Notes: a model not told the origin generated them from the letters alone. A DNA stretch of 64,000 nucleotides from Candidatus Nanopelagicales bacterium (GCA_038208295.1 JBBQYX010000004.1:7966-71965); one strand, 5' to 3'. Shown: positions 1 to 8,270, counted from the stretch's first letter. Made by a program: numbers and translations.

Positions 1-1
1 C

Positions 2-331
2 GACATTCGCCCATGGCAGGTGTGGTGGGCCGGCTTCGACCCGCAGATCGGTCGCGAGCAGGCTGGGATGCGACCGGCGGTCGTGGTGGGCACGGCCTTC
101 GCCTGCAGCCTGCCGAACGATCTGGTGTTCCTGGTTCCCTGCACGACGACCGACCGTGGCCTGCCTATCCATCCCCGGATTTCGTCGATCCCGCGGCCGA
201 CGTTCGCGATGTGCGACCAGTTGAAGGCTGTCAGTCGTGACCGGCTGGTACGGGAGCATCCGGCGCGGCTCACCGATTCAGACATCCGCAGCATCCGCTT
301 CGTCCTCGGGAAGCTGTTCGACACCGAGTGA
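2..331 (+). CDS. mazF: MazF/PemK-family type II toxin (endoribonuclease), 5' end cut by window edge
   Basis: The frame of ORF 20..331 stays open back to nt 2. WWAGFDPQIGREQAGMRPAVVV ... LVPCTTT matches the MazF core (D.P..G.EQ.G.RPavV / vP.Tt). The cognate antitoxin would lie upstream of the window. Confidence 0.8.
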   Translation, partial: DIRPWQVWWAGFDPQIGREQAGMRPAVVVGTAFACSLPNDLVFLVPCTTTDRGLPIHPRISSIPRPTFAMCDQLKAVSRDRLVREHPARLTDSDIRSIRFVLGKLFDTE

Positions 332-391
332 GCTCAGAGGCGTCTCGGGGTCATCCCCGTGGGTCGTGGAAGGTGGGCCGCGGCAGCACGG

Positions 392-658
392 TCACCGATA
401 CACATCGGTGCGCCGGTCGATGTGCTCGATCTCGATGAGGTGCGCGGCATCTCGGATGGCATACACAATCCGGTAGTCACCACGTCGCGCCGAGTGTGAT
501 CCGGCCAACTCGGCCCGCAGCGGCTTGCCGACGCGATGCGGGTTGGCAGTCAGCGGCCCGAAGATGAACTCCACGCAGGCAGTGGCGATCTTGTCCGGAA
601 GTCGCTGCAGGTCGCGAGCGGCCCGGGCGGTGATGCCCACCCGGTACGGCTCACTCAC
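392..658 (-). CDS. RelE/ParE-family type II toxin
   Basis: 88 aa. The C-terminal RGDYRIVYAIRDAAHLIEIEHIDRRTDVYR is typical of RelE/ParE toxins. The start overlaps the stop of the upstream Phd/YefM ORF by 4 nt. Confidence 0.85.
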   Translation of the reverse strand: MSEPYRVGITARAARDLQRLPDKIATACVEFIFGPLTANPHRVGKPLRAELAGSHSARRGDYRIVYAIRDAAHLIEIEHIDRRTDVYR

Positions 659-927
659 CCGCGACGCCCGTACCGGGACGTGATTTCGTCGTTGTCCGCG
701 AATCGACCGGCCGCGGCGTCCGCACGGCCTTCCCGGATGGCGTCCAGCGCACCAGGGGTGCCGAGGATGTCAAGGGTCTCCTCGATCGAGGCGAGGTCAT
801 CGGCCGAGATGAGGACGGCGGCGGGGTGACCGTGGCGAGTGATCGTCACCCGCTGATGGGTGTGCTCGACCCCGGCGACGTACTCGGAGAGATGGTTGCG
901 CGCTTCGCCCAGCGGCACGGTCGTCAT
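655..927 (-). CDS. Phd/YefM-family antitoxin
   Basis: 90 aa. The N-terminus TVPLGEARNHLSEYV...RVTITRHGHPAAVLISADDLASIEETLDIL is the Phd/YefM fold signature. It is translationally coupled to the RelE/ParE gene. Confidence 0.85.
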   Translation of the reverse strand: MTTVPLGEARNHLSEYVAGVEHTHQRVTITRHGHPAAVLISADDLASIEETLDILGTPGALDAIREGRADAAAGRFADNDEITSRYGRRG

Positions 928-1118
928 GCCAGAAGTATAGCCATATTCCTAGCCAAATGCGATGGCGCCGATGGGCCGAGGTCTAGGTTCGATCCCACGG
1001 TGGATCCGGGTCAAGTCGGGCAAGCTCGCTGCCACCGCTCACGGGCGCGCCGGGCCATTCGGCGTCGCGCGCGGGCCGTTGGCCGGGAAGCAATCCGCGC
1101 GCGAGGCGCCTAGGGTGA

Positions 1119-2240
1119 ATGCTCGTGGACGTGCAGCTCAGGCGGAATCAGGTATGGCAGCGGCTCACCGAGCAGTGGGCGCAGACCTCGGGGCAGGGCG
1201 ATGCCGCCGGTGACCCACCGGACGGCTTCGTGGTCAGCAATCTCATCAATGTGCGCTACCTCACCGGCTTCTGCGGCAGCAACGGCGTACTCCTGCTGAC
1301 CGCGGACACTGCGACCCTCGGCACCGACTCGCGGTATGTCACGCAGGCGGGTCAGGAGTGCCCGGATCTGCAGATGCTGATTCAGCGGGCGACCCTGCCG
1401 GCCGTCGTCGAGGAGGCCGCGAAACAGGGCGTCAGGCGACTGGCGTTCGAGTCGGCGACTGTGACATTCGCTGAACATGCTGCGCTGCAAGCGATCGACG
1501 GCGCCCCGGGACTCGTACCCGTGGCGGGTGTGGTCGAGGCGCTGCGGGTGACCAAGGACGATGACGAGATCGCCCAGATCCGTGCGGCCTGCCGGATCTC
1601 TGACGCCGCACTGTCCGCACTCCTGCCGCAGATCCACCCAGGCCTGTCCGAACGGCAGATTGCCCGGCGGCTGGAATGGCAGTTGTACGAGCACGGCGCC
1701 GACGGCCTGTCGTTTGAAACCATCGTCGCCGCGGGGGAGAACGCGGCAATCCCACACCACGTACCCTCCGAGCGGCGGCTGCGCGCCGGTGACCTGCTGA
1801 AGATCGACTTCGGCGCGGAATACCGCGGCTATCACGCCGACGAGACCCGTACGTTCGTCGTCGGTGCGCCCCCGGCGAGTTGGCAGCGGGAGCTGCACTC
1901 GCTGGTCCTGACCGCGCAGGCGGCCGGCCGGGATGCCGCGCGCCCGGGTGCGGCGTTGAAAGACGTCGACGAGGCGTCCCGCTCCGTGATCACCACCGCC
2001 GGCCACGGCGACCACTTCGGGCACGGCCTCGGCCACGGCGTCGGGTTGGAGATCCACGAGGCGCCGATGATCAGCCACGGCTCGACCGGCCTGCTCAGCG
2101 AGGGCGCCACGATCACGATCGAGCCCGGCGTCTACCTGCCTGGCCGCGGCGGCATCCGCATCGAGGACACCCTGCTCGTCTCCGACGGCGCCGCCGAGCC
2201 GCTGACCCTGACGACCCGCAACCTGCTCGTCCTCGACTGA
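1119..2240 (+). CDS. Xaa-Pro aminopeptidase / dipeptidase, M24B family
   Basis: 373 aa. M24 metal-ligand motifs are present: YHADETRTF, HGLGHGVGLEIHEAP, IEPGVY and IRIEDT. Confidence 0.9.
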   Translation: MLVDVQLRRNQVWQRLTEQWAQTSGQGDAAGDPPDGFVVSNLINVRYLTGFCGSNGVLLLTADTATLGTDSRYVTQAGQECPDLQMLIQRATLPAVVEEAAKQGVRRLAFESATVTFAEHAALQAIDGAPGLVPVAGVVEALRVTKDDDEIAQIRAACRISDAALSALLPQIHPGLSERQIARRLEWQLYEHGADGLSFETIVAAGENAAIPHHVPSERRLRAGDLLKIDFGAEYRGYHADETRTFVVGAPPASWQRELHSLVLTAQAAGRDAARPGAALKDVDEASRSVITTAGHGDHFGHGLGHGVGLEIHEAPMISHGSTGLLSEGATITIEPGVYLPGRGGIRIEDTLLVSDGAAEPLTLTTRNLLVLD

Positions 2241-2277
2241 GCCGAGATGGTTGACGTCCGCGCTACCGGAGTGCACC

Positions 2278-2305
2278 ATGTAAGTACGTCAAAGGATGTA
2301 AGTAC
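2278..2305 (+). promoter_or_regulatory. Putative operator: two direct copies of ATGTAAGTAC, 18 nt start-to-start, in an AT-rich patch upstream of the MazE-like gene
   Basis: The copies are at 2278-2287 and 2296-2305. They lie between a TTGACG hexamer (2251-2256) and the GGAGGAG RBS (2317-2323) preceding the ATG at 2326. Confidence 0.4.
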
Positions 2306-2325
2306 ATCTGACTTCCGGAGGAGTC

Positions 2326-2592
2326 ATGCAGACCGTGCAGGTCAAGGTGACCAAAGCTGGCAACAGCAGGATGCTGCCGGTGCCCGCCGAGCTCGCTCGG
2401 GCGGCCCACGCGGAGCAGGGCGACACGTACACGGTTGAACTGCTCGGGGACGACATCGTCTACCACCGGGCCGCCAGCGTTTCGATGGTCGTGGGCTTCG
2501 GCTCACACCGGATGGGCTTGGTGCCCCCCGGGCGAGCGCTGCGCATGACTGGCACGTCGAGCGTGCCGCCGCTGGACGACTGGGAGTTCTAA
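2326..2592 (+). CDS. AbrB/MazE/SpoVT-fold antitoxin-like DNA-binding protein
   Basis: 88 aa. VKVTKAGNSRMLPVPAELARAAHAEQGDTYTVELLGDDIVY aligns with the MazE swapped-hairpin motif (v.k.GNS..v.iP..i...l.l..GD.v.i). The tail is acidic/aromatic (PPLDDWEF). A strong RBS is present. Confidence 0.75.
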   Translation: MQTVQVKVTKAGNSRMLPVPAELARAAHAEQGDTYTVELLGDDIVYHRAASVSMVVGFGSHRMGLVPPGRALRMTGTSSVPPLDDWEF

Positions 2593-2640
2593 CGCGGAGC
2601 GTGCCAAAGCCCGTCACTACCCACTGGGAAGACCCGCACG

Positions 2641-3342
2641 ATGGCGAACAGCGCAACATCCGACGGTGATCTACGTTGGCCGCCCAGCGCCGGGGATTAC
2701 TACCTGCCCGCTGGTCCGGCCAGACCGATCATGCAGGGGGATGTCTTTTCCGACGTCCCCTTCGTGAAGGCCAAGCGCGCATCGAAGGTCACTGACGACC
2801 CCCACGCGGTCGCCGAGCGGAGAATGGTCGCGGTCGTCGGTTACCCGTGCGACATCTACCTCAACGGCGCCCTGGCCAAGGTCCAGACAGTCGTCCCAGT
2901 GGTGACAGCAGACAAGGCCGGCATCTCCCAGGACTGGGATGGCGCCTTCACTCTCGCCCCCTTACCGGACCTGCGTGGTGACGGCGTGATGTACGCAGCG
3001 GACTTCCGTGTGTTCGCTAACATTGACGCGTTCTATCTGAACCCCCACGCCCGCATCCGATGCATGTCCGAGTTGGGCTGGGCCGCCTTTAGGCAGCGGC
3101 TTGGGCTGGCCGGCACCCGCTTGCTCAACCACCTCACCGACCTCACCGCAGTTGGCGCCGAGGTTTGGCAGGAGATGGCCCTGTGGCAGCGGTGGAACGA
3201 AACCGGCCGTAAGCCCACTGAGTTCGGGCAATGGTTGGACGGGCGTGAGACCAACCTCGGCGGGTTCAGTCGGCGCAGCGCCCTCTCGCGTGGAATGCAC
3301 GATGTCGTTCGTGCCAGCCTTGAAACGGAGTTGAGCGACTGA
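2641..3342 (+). CDS. Hypothetical protein, 233 aa; candidate toxin partner of the MazE-like gene (N-terminal half weakly MazF/PemK-like, C-terminal ~95 aa unknown)
   Basis: The ORF starts 48 nt downstream of the antitoxin-like gene, behind a GGGAAG RBS. QGDVFSDVPF...RRMVAVVGYPCDI...VVPVVTA...GVMYAADFRVFANID resembles the order of MazF core strands. GC is visibly lower than in the flanks. The functional call is inference only. Confidence 0.6.
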   Translation: MANSATSDGDLRWPPSAGDYYLPAGPARPIMQGDVFSDVPFVKAKRASKVTDDPHAVAERRMVAVVGYPCDIYLNGALAKVQTVVPVVTADKAGISQDWDGAFTLAPLPDLRGDGVMYAADFRVFANIDAFYLNPHARIRCMSELGWAAFRQRLGLAGTRLLNHLTDLTAVGAEVWQEMALWQRWNETGRKPTEFGQWLDGRETNLGGFSRRSALSRGMHDVVRASLETELSD

Positions 3343-3400
3343 CTAGCTCTCAGGACCGTTTCGGTGGATGTTTTCACCACATCACAGCCCCCTGCCGATC

Positions 3401-4768
3401 TCAGTTCTCCGGCCGAGGCGCTGAGGCATCAGCTTGGGTGACCAGGTCCTCCAGTCGTGCCTGGGTCAGGTCGTACTTGCGCACCAGCGGCACACTGGCC
3501 ACGGCCAACACGCCGGGGACCAAAGCAAAACCCAGCACGATCGCGATCAGGGCGCCATTGGGTTGCGTGACCTGGACATCGCCGCTGCTGGAAACGAATC
3601 CGCCGATGGCCAGCGTGGCCGCCACCAGCGCCGGCCCGAGGGCGAACCCCGCGGTCTCACCCGCGGTCCACACCCCGGTGAACGTTCCCGAGCGGCGTCG
3701 GCCGGAGCGGGCGCTGTCGGCCTGGATCGTGTCGGGCAGCATGGCCAGGGGGAGCAGTTGCAGACCGGCGTACGCAACCCCGCAGACCCCGACGGCGGCG
3801 TACACACCCCACCGGGGCAACTCACGAACCCCAAGCAGCGCGACGGTTCCGACGATGAACACCACCGTGGCGATGAGGAAACTGCGCTGCTTACCCATGG
3901 TGTTGGACAGCCATCGCCAGGCGGGTACGAGCAGGATCGCCGGCGCGACCAGCGCGACGAACAGCACCGTCGTCAGCCCGTCGTCGCCCAACAGATAGCG
4001 GGCCACATAGGGCGCCGAGGCCAGCATCGCGCTGGTAGCCAAGGCCTGCAGGATGAAGGCGACGAACAGCACCCGGAACTCGCGGTTGGACCGCACCGCA
4101 TCGAGTTGTGCACGCAGTCCTGGCTCGGCTGGTTCTGCCTGCAGCACAATCGGTTGCCGGAACGTCCCGAGAACGGCACCAGCGAAACCGACAAGCAACA
4201 CAAGACCTGCGATGACTCCCATGAAGCGATGCCCGGACACCCCACCGGTCGCGTTCACCAGCGCCGGAGCGCCGGCGCCGAACGCCAGGATGGCCAGGGT
4301 GAGGGCCGCGACGCGCCAGGTCATCAAAGTCGTTCGCTCGGCGTAATCGTCGGTGAGTTCAGCGGGTTGGGCGATATACGGAACCTGGAAGAACGCAAAA
4401 CCCGTCGACGCCACCAGGAACCAGCCCATCACCCATGCGGCGGCCGGGGCGCCGGTCCAGCCGAACGGGCCGGCGAACATGGCCGCGAACGCCAACGGCA
4501 ACAGGACCGTTCCGGCGATCATCCACGGAATCCGAGGTCCCCAGCGTGAGGTCGTACGGTCCGACCGGTTGCCCACCCACGGGTTCAGCAGGACATCCCA
4601 AGCCTTGGGTACGAACACCACGAAACCGGCCCACCAGGCCGCGACGCCGAGCGTGTCCGTCAGATAGATGAGCAGCAACAAGCCGGGCACCGTGGCGAAG
4701 CCACCGGTCCCAACCGAACCCAGGGCGTACCCGACATAGGTGCGGCGTTGCAGGCGTCGTCCAGGCAC
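3401..4768 (-). CDS. MFS transporter, glycoside-pentoside-hexuronide (GPH)/MelB-like family
   Basis: 455 aa with about 12 predicted hydrophobic helices. The N-terminus YALGSVGTGGFATVPGLLLLIYLTDTLG and the NPWVGNRSDRT loop are typical of GPH-type symporters. Confidence 0.75.
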   Translation of the reverse strand: MPGRRLQRRTYVGYALGSVGTGGFATVPGLLLLIYLTDTLGVAAWWAGFVVFVPKAWDVLLNPWVGNRSDRTTSRWGPRIPWMIAGTVLLPLAFAAMFAGPFGWTGAPAAAWVMGWFLVASTGFAFFQVPYIAQPAELTDDYAERTTLMTWRVAALTLAILAFGAGAPALVNATGGVSGHRFMGVIAGLVLLVGFAGAVLGTFRQPIVLQAEPAEPGLRAQLDAVRSNREFRVLFVAFILQALATSAMLASAPYVARYLLGDDGLTTVLFVALVAPAILLVPAWRWLSNTMGKQRSFLIATVVFIVGTVALLGVRELPRWGVYAAVGVCGVAYAGLQLLPLAMLPDTIQADSARSGRRRSGTFTGVWTAGETAGFALGPALVAATLAIGGFVSSSGDVQVTQPNGALIAIVLGFALVPGVLAVASVPLVRKYDLTQARLEDLVTQADASAPRPEN

Positions 4769-4819
4769 GCGGGCGACCGTAGCGCCCAGGGACCCAAGTC
4801 AGGTGAGCAACTGACCGAA

Positions 4820-5230
4820 TCAGGTCAGCAACCGCGGCTTCAGTTCCAACAACCGCCCGAGCAGGCCGTTGACGAAGCCGGGCGACTCGTCGGTGGACAG
4901 GTCACCGGCCAGCAGCACGGCCTCGCTGACCGCGACCGCATCGGGGACGTCGTCGCACCACAGCAGCTCATAGCTGGCCAGCCGCAACAGCGACCGGTCG
5001 ACCGCCGGCATCCGGTCCAGCGGCCAGCCGGTCGAGTACGTACTCAGCAACTCATCGATCCGCTCGCGATGGGCCACCACACCCTCGACCAAGGAACGCG
5101 TGTACGGATTGATCGGTGGCCGACCGAGTGTCTCCCGCTCACCGAGCACGCTCAGGGGTGCGACCGCCCGCGCGTCGGCCTCGAAGAGGATCTCCAGCGC
5201 GCGCCTGCGGGCCTTGCTGCGAGCTGACAT
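4820..5230 (-). CDS. nusB: Transcription antitermination factor NusB
   Basis: 136 aa. It contains ARRRALEILFEADAR ... LAGDLSTDESPGFVNGLLGR and lies directly downstream of efp. Confidence 0.92.
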   Translation of the reverse strand: MSARSKARRRALEILFEADARAVAPLSVLGERETLGRPPINPYTRSLVEGVVAHRERIDELLSTYSTGWPLDRMPAVDRSLLRLASYELLWCDDVPDAVAVSEAVLLAGDLSTDESPGFVNGLLGRLLELKPRLLT

Positions 5231-5233
5231 CGA

Positions 5234-5794
5234 CTAGTTGACCCGACCGAGATAGGACCCGTCGCGGGTGTCGACCTTGACCTTCGTGCCGTTCTCGACA
5301 AACAGCGGGACGGCAATCTCGGCGCCGGTCTCCAGGGTCGCGGGCTTCGTCCCGCCGGTCGAGCGGTCACCCTGCAGCCCGGGCTCGGTGTAGGTGATCG
5401 TCAGCTCGACGGAGGCCGGCAACTCGATGAACAGCGGCGTGCCGTCGTGCAGGGCCACGTTGGCGATCTGGTTCTCCAGCAGCCACCGCGACATATCGCC
5501 CACGACGCTGCTCTGGACGTGGATCTGGTCGTAGTCGCTGGTGTCCATGAACACCCAGTCGTCGCCGTCGCGGTAGAGATACTGCATGTCCCGCTTGTCC
5601 ACACTGGCGGTCTCGACCTTGACCCCGGCGTTGAACGTCTTGTCGACGACCTTGCCGGACATCACGTTCTTGAGCTTCGTTCGTACGAATGCCGGGCCTT
5701 TGCCAGGCTTGACGTGCTGGAACTCCACGACGGTCCACAGCTGACCGTCGATGGACAGGACCAGCCCGTTCTTCAGGTCGTTCGTCGTTGCCAC
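5234..5794 (-). CDS. efp: Elongation factor P
   Basis: 186 aa, beginning [42 protein letters not shown]. The match to EF-P runs the full length. Confidence 0.97.
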   Translation of the reverse strand: MATTNDLKNGLVLSIDGQLWTVVEFQHVKPGKGPAFVRTKLKNVMSGKVVDKTFNAGVKVETASVDKRDMQYLYRDGDDWVFMDTSDYDQIHVQSSVVGDMSRWLLENQIANVALHDGTPLFIELPASVELTITYTEPGLQGDRSTGGTKPATLETGAEIAVPLFVENGTKVKVDTRDGSYLGRVN

Positions 5795-5897
5795 GGTGCG
5801 CTCGCTCCTGGTTCGGCGGTGATGTTCGGCGGTGAGGCAGGACTCCCGATCCTAGAGCCGGTACGCAGTCCGCCAAGGCGCTGCCAGGGTGCGGCGG

Positions 5898-5984
5898 TGG
5901 TACCCCCGGTGGGATTCGAACCCACAATCCCGTTAGGGCCATCGGGTTTGAGCCGATGCTGTATGCCAGTTCCAGCACAGGGGC
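5898..5984 (-). tRNA. tRNA-Leu (anticodon CAA), type II tRNA with a long variable arm, encoded CCA
   Basis: I folded the reverse complement by hand. It gives acceptor GCCCCTG/CGGGGGT, anticodon stem ATCGG/CCGAT with loop CTCAAAC, a long variable arm, and T-arm GTGGG-TTCGAAT-CCCAC, followed by A-CCA. Confidence 0.9.
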
Positions 5985-6059
5985 GCAGGCGGTGACGAGC
6001 CACGTGTCACACCTGGCACAACGGGCGCGCCGCGGACCGCGGCGCCTAGGGTAGCGCCC

Positions 6060-6668
6060 ATGTCGGCGACCGCTTCCGCCCCCGCCGTCCGCGTTGTGAT
6101 CGCCGAGGACGAAGCTCTGATCCGGCTCGATCTGGCCGAGATGCTGGCCGAGGAGGGATACGAGGTCGTCGGGCAGGCCGGGGACGGCGAGACGGCCGTA
6201 CGCCTGGCCCAGCAACTGCGACCGGACGTCGTCATCCTGGACGTCAAGATGCCGGTGCTGGACGGGATCAGCGCGGCCGAGCGGATCACCGCCGAGCGCC
6301 TGGCCGCGGTGGTCATGCTGACCGCGTTCAGCCAGCGGGAGCTGGTGGATAGGGCCACTGACGCCGGGGCCATGGCGTACGTGGTGAAGCCCTTCGGCCG
6401 CGCCGAGTTGATGCCGGCACTGCGGATCGCGATGTCCCGCTATGAGCAGGTACGCGCCCTGGAGGCCGAAGTTGCCGACCTGACCGGACGGCTGGAGGCC
6501 CGCAAGCTGCTGGAACGCGCCAAGGGAGCGCTGAGCAGCCGCTACGGCCTGTCCGAGCCGGACGCCTTCCGCTGGCTGCAGAAGTCCGCGATGGACCGCC
6601 GCCTGTCGATGGTCGAGGTTGCTCGCGTCGTGCTGCAGGAGGTCGACGCCGGGTCGGCTACCGGCTGA
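6060..6668 (+). CDS. pdtaR: ANTAR-domain response regulator (PdtaR-like RNA-binding antiterminator)
   Basis: 202 aa. It has a receiver domain (VVIAEDEALIRLDL...PDVVILDVKMPVLDG) and a C-terminal ANTAR helix bundle (LEARKLLERAKGALSSRYGLSEPDAFRWLQKSAMDRRLSMVEVARVVL). Confidence 0.9.
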   Translation: MSATASAPAVRVVIAEDEALIRLDLAEMLAEEGYEVVGQAGDGETAVRLAQQLRPDVVILDVKMPVLDGISAAERITAERLAAVVMLTAFSQRELVDRATDAGAMAYVVKPFGRAELMPALRIAMSRYEQVRALEAEVADLTGRLEARKLLERAKGALSSRYGLSEPDAFRWLQKSAMDRRLSMVEVARVVLQEVDAGSATG

Positions 6669-6686
6669 TCAGCCGCCGGACGCGGG

Positions 6687-6826
6687 CAGGTCACACCATG
6701 TCCGGCCAAGTCACGCCATGTCAGGGGCATGTCACGGGCAAGTCCCGCCATATCCCGGCCATGTCACGGGCATATCCCGGGCATATCCCGGCCATGTCAC
6801 GGGCATGTCACGGGCGTATCCCGGGC
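6687..6826. repeat. Tandem array of about 12-13 units with an 11-nt period (ATGTCACGGGC / ATATCCCGGSC)
   Basis: Read directly from the sequence. The last seven units (6750-6826) are exactly in 11-nt phase and alternate between two unit types. The array is intergenic, between the ANTAR regulator and the liv operon. Confidence 0.85.
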
Positions 6827-7039
6827 CGTGGGAGCCGTCCGCCCCTTGACGTGGCTGGGGTCGGCTGCATAACGAATGCGGAACAACGTCCGTAGAGAAG
6901 CGCGAACGCCACGCGGATGACCCACCAGGCCAGTAGCCTCCCGCGATACCCCGGCGACGGATGACCGTCGCTGGGAATCACGACCTCAAGACACAACTGA
7001 CCTCCGGCGCATCTCGCGACCGGATCAAGGAGGAGTTAC

Positions 7040-8245
7040 GTGAAGAAGCCCATGACGCGAGGCCTGTCGGCCGTCGCGATGATCACAGTGGTGGCCCTCG
7101 GTACCGCTGCGTGCGGCAGCAGCAGCGATGGCGGGGCGTCCGGGAGCGCGACGGCCTCTGGCGGGGGTGGCGGCGGAACCGAGGTCAAGCTCGGGTTCAT
7201 GGGTGACCTCACCGGCCCCAACAAGGCCCTCGGCATCAACATCCGTAACGGTGCGAAGCTGGCCATCGACGAGTACAACGCGACCAACCCCGACAGCAAG
7301 ATCACGTTGCTGGAGTACGACTCCCAGGGTGACCCCAAGCAGGCCTCCTCGCTGGCCCCCAAGGCCCTCGACGATGGCATCGTCGGCATGGTGGGCCCGG
7401 CGTTCTCCGGGGAGACCGCCGACACCGGCGCGATCTGGCAGGAGGCGGGTGTTCCGTTCGTCTCCGCGTCCGCGACCCGGGTGGCGCTGGCCGAGAACGG
7501 CTGGACGATGTTCCACCGGGCGCTGGCCGATGATGGCTTCCAGGGCCCCGGCGTGGCGAACGTGATCGTCAAGGGTTCCGGCGCCAAGAAGGTCGCAGTC
7601 ATCGACGATGCGTCGGAATACGGCAAGGGGCTGGCCGACGAGGTCGCCAAGGGAGTCACCGAAGGCGGTGGCACGGTGGCCGTACGCGAGGCGGTGGCGG
7701 CCGAGGGCACCCAGGTGCCGAACTACTCCTCCACGATCGCCAAGATCAAGGGCGCTGGCGTGGACGCCATCTTCTATGGCGGCTACTACGCGCAGTCCGG
7801 TCCGTTCGCCAAGCAGCTCAAGGACGGCGGCGTCAAAGCGGCGTTCGTCTCCGGCGACGGTTCCCTGGACCAGGCATTCGTCACCGGCGCGGGAGCAGCG
7901 GCCGACACATCGATTCTCTCCTGCGCCTGCGCGCTGATCACCGACGCAGCCACCGGTGGGCAGAAGACCTTCTACGACAACTACAAGAAGGCGTTCAGTA
8001 CCGAGCCTGGTACGTACTCGCCTGAGGGCTACGACGCCGCGACTGCCTTCGTCAAGGCTGTCCAGGGCGGCAAGACCGACAAGGCCGGCCTGGCCGAGGC
8101 CGTCAGCGCCTCGGACTTCGAGGGCGTGTCGAAGACCATCAAGTTCGAAGAAAACGGCAATATCGCGGGTGGCACCATCTTGATCTACCAGGTCAAGGAC
8201 GGCAAGATCGTCCAGATCGGCACCTCGGAGGATGCCAAGTTCTGA
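7040..8245 (+). CDS. livK: Branched-chain amino-acid ABC transporter substrate-binding lipoprotein (LivK/LivJ-like)
   Basis: 401 aa with a GTG start after an AAGGAGGA RBS. It has a lipoprotein signal with lipobox LGTAAC, and the type I periplasmic binding fold runs through the whole length (FMGDLTGPNKALG..., GMVGPAFSGE). Confidence 0.9.
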   Translation: MKKPMTRGLSAVAMITVVALGTAACGSSSDGGASGSATASGGGGGGTEVKLGFMGDLTGPNKALGINIRNGAKLAIDEYNATNPDSKITLLEYDSQGDPKQASSLAPKALDDGIVGMVGPAFSGETADTGAIWQEAGVPFVSASATRVALAENGWTMFHRALADDGFQGPGVANVIVKGSGAKKVAVIDDASEYGKGLADEVAKGVTEGGGTVAVREAVAAEGTQVPNYSSTIAKIKGAGVDAIFYGGYYAQSGPFAKQLKDGGVKAAFVSGDGSLDQAFVTGAGAAADTSILSCACALITDAATGGQKTFYDNYKKAFSTEPGTYSPEGYDAATAFVKAVQGGKTDKAGLAEAVSASDFEGVSKTIKFEENGNIAGGTILIYQVKDGKIVQIGTSEDAKF

Positions 8246-8270
8246 GTTGACCGTACTCAGACAGGCCTGC

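Noticed and set aside
975-1010. GGTTCGATCCC, which resembles a tRNA T-loop (possible tRNA fragment or att site)
   Set aside because: The flanking bases do not form a T-stem or acceptor stem, and no matching partner repeat was found. It is probably chance similarity in the yefM promoter region.
5795-6059. Integrase or att repeat next to tRNA-Leu, as evidence of an integrated element
   Set aside because: No integrase-like ORF exists in the window, and I could not find a duplicated tRNA 3' segment. An island at this tRNA is not supported.
6687-6826. Tandem arrays at 6687-6826 and 17080-17197 as possible CRISPR arrays
   Set aside because: The units are 9-13 nt and head-to-tail, with no unique spacers and no cas genes. 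They are simple tandem repeats.
6827-7039. Canonical ANTAR dual-hairpin target in the livK leader
   Set aside because: Manual folding gave one marginal 6-bp hairpin with loop ACAACG (no G at loop position 4) and no convincing second hairpin or terminator. I do not claim it as a feature.
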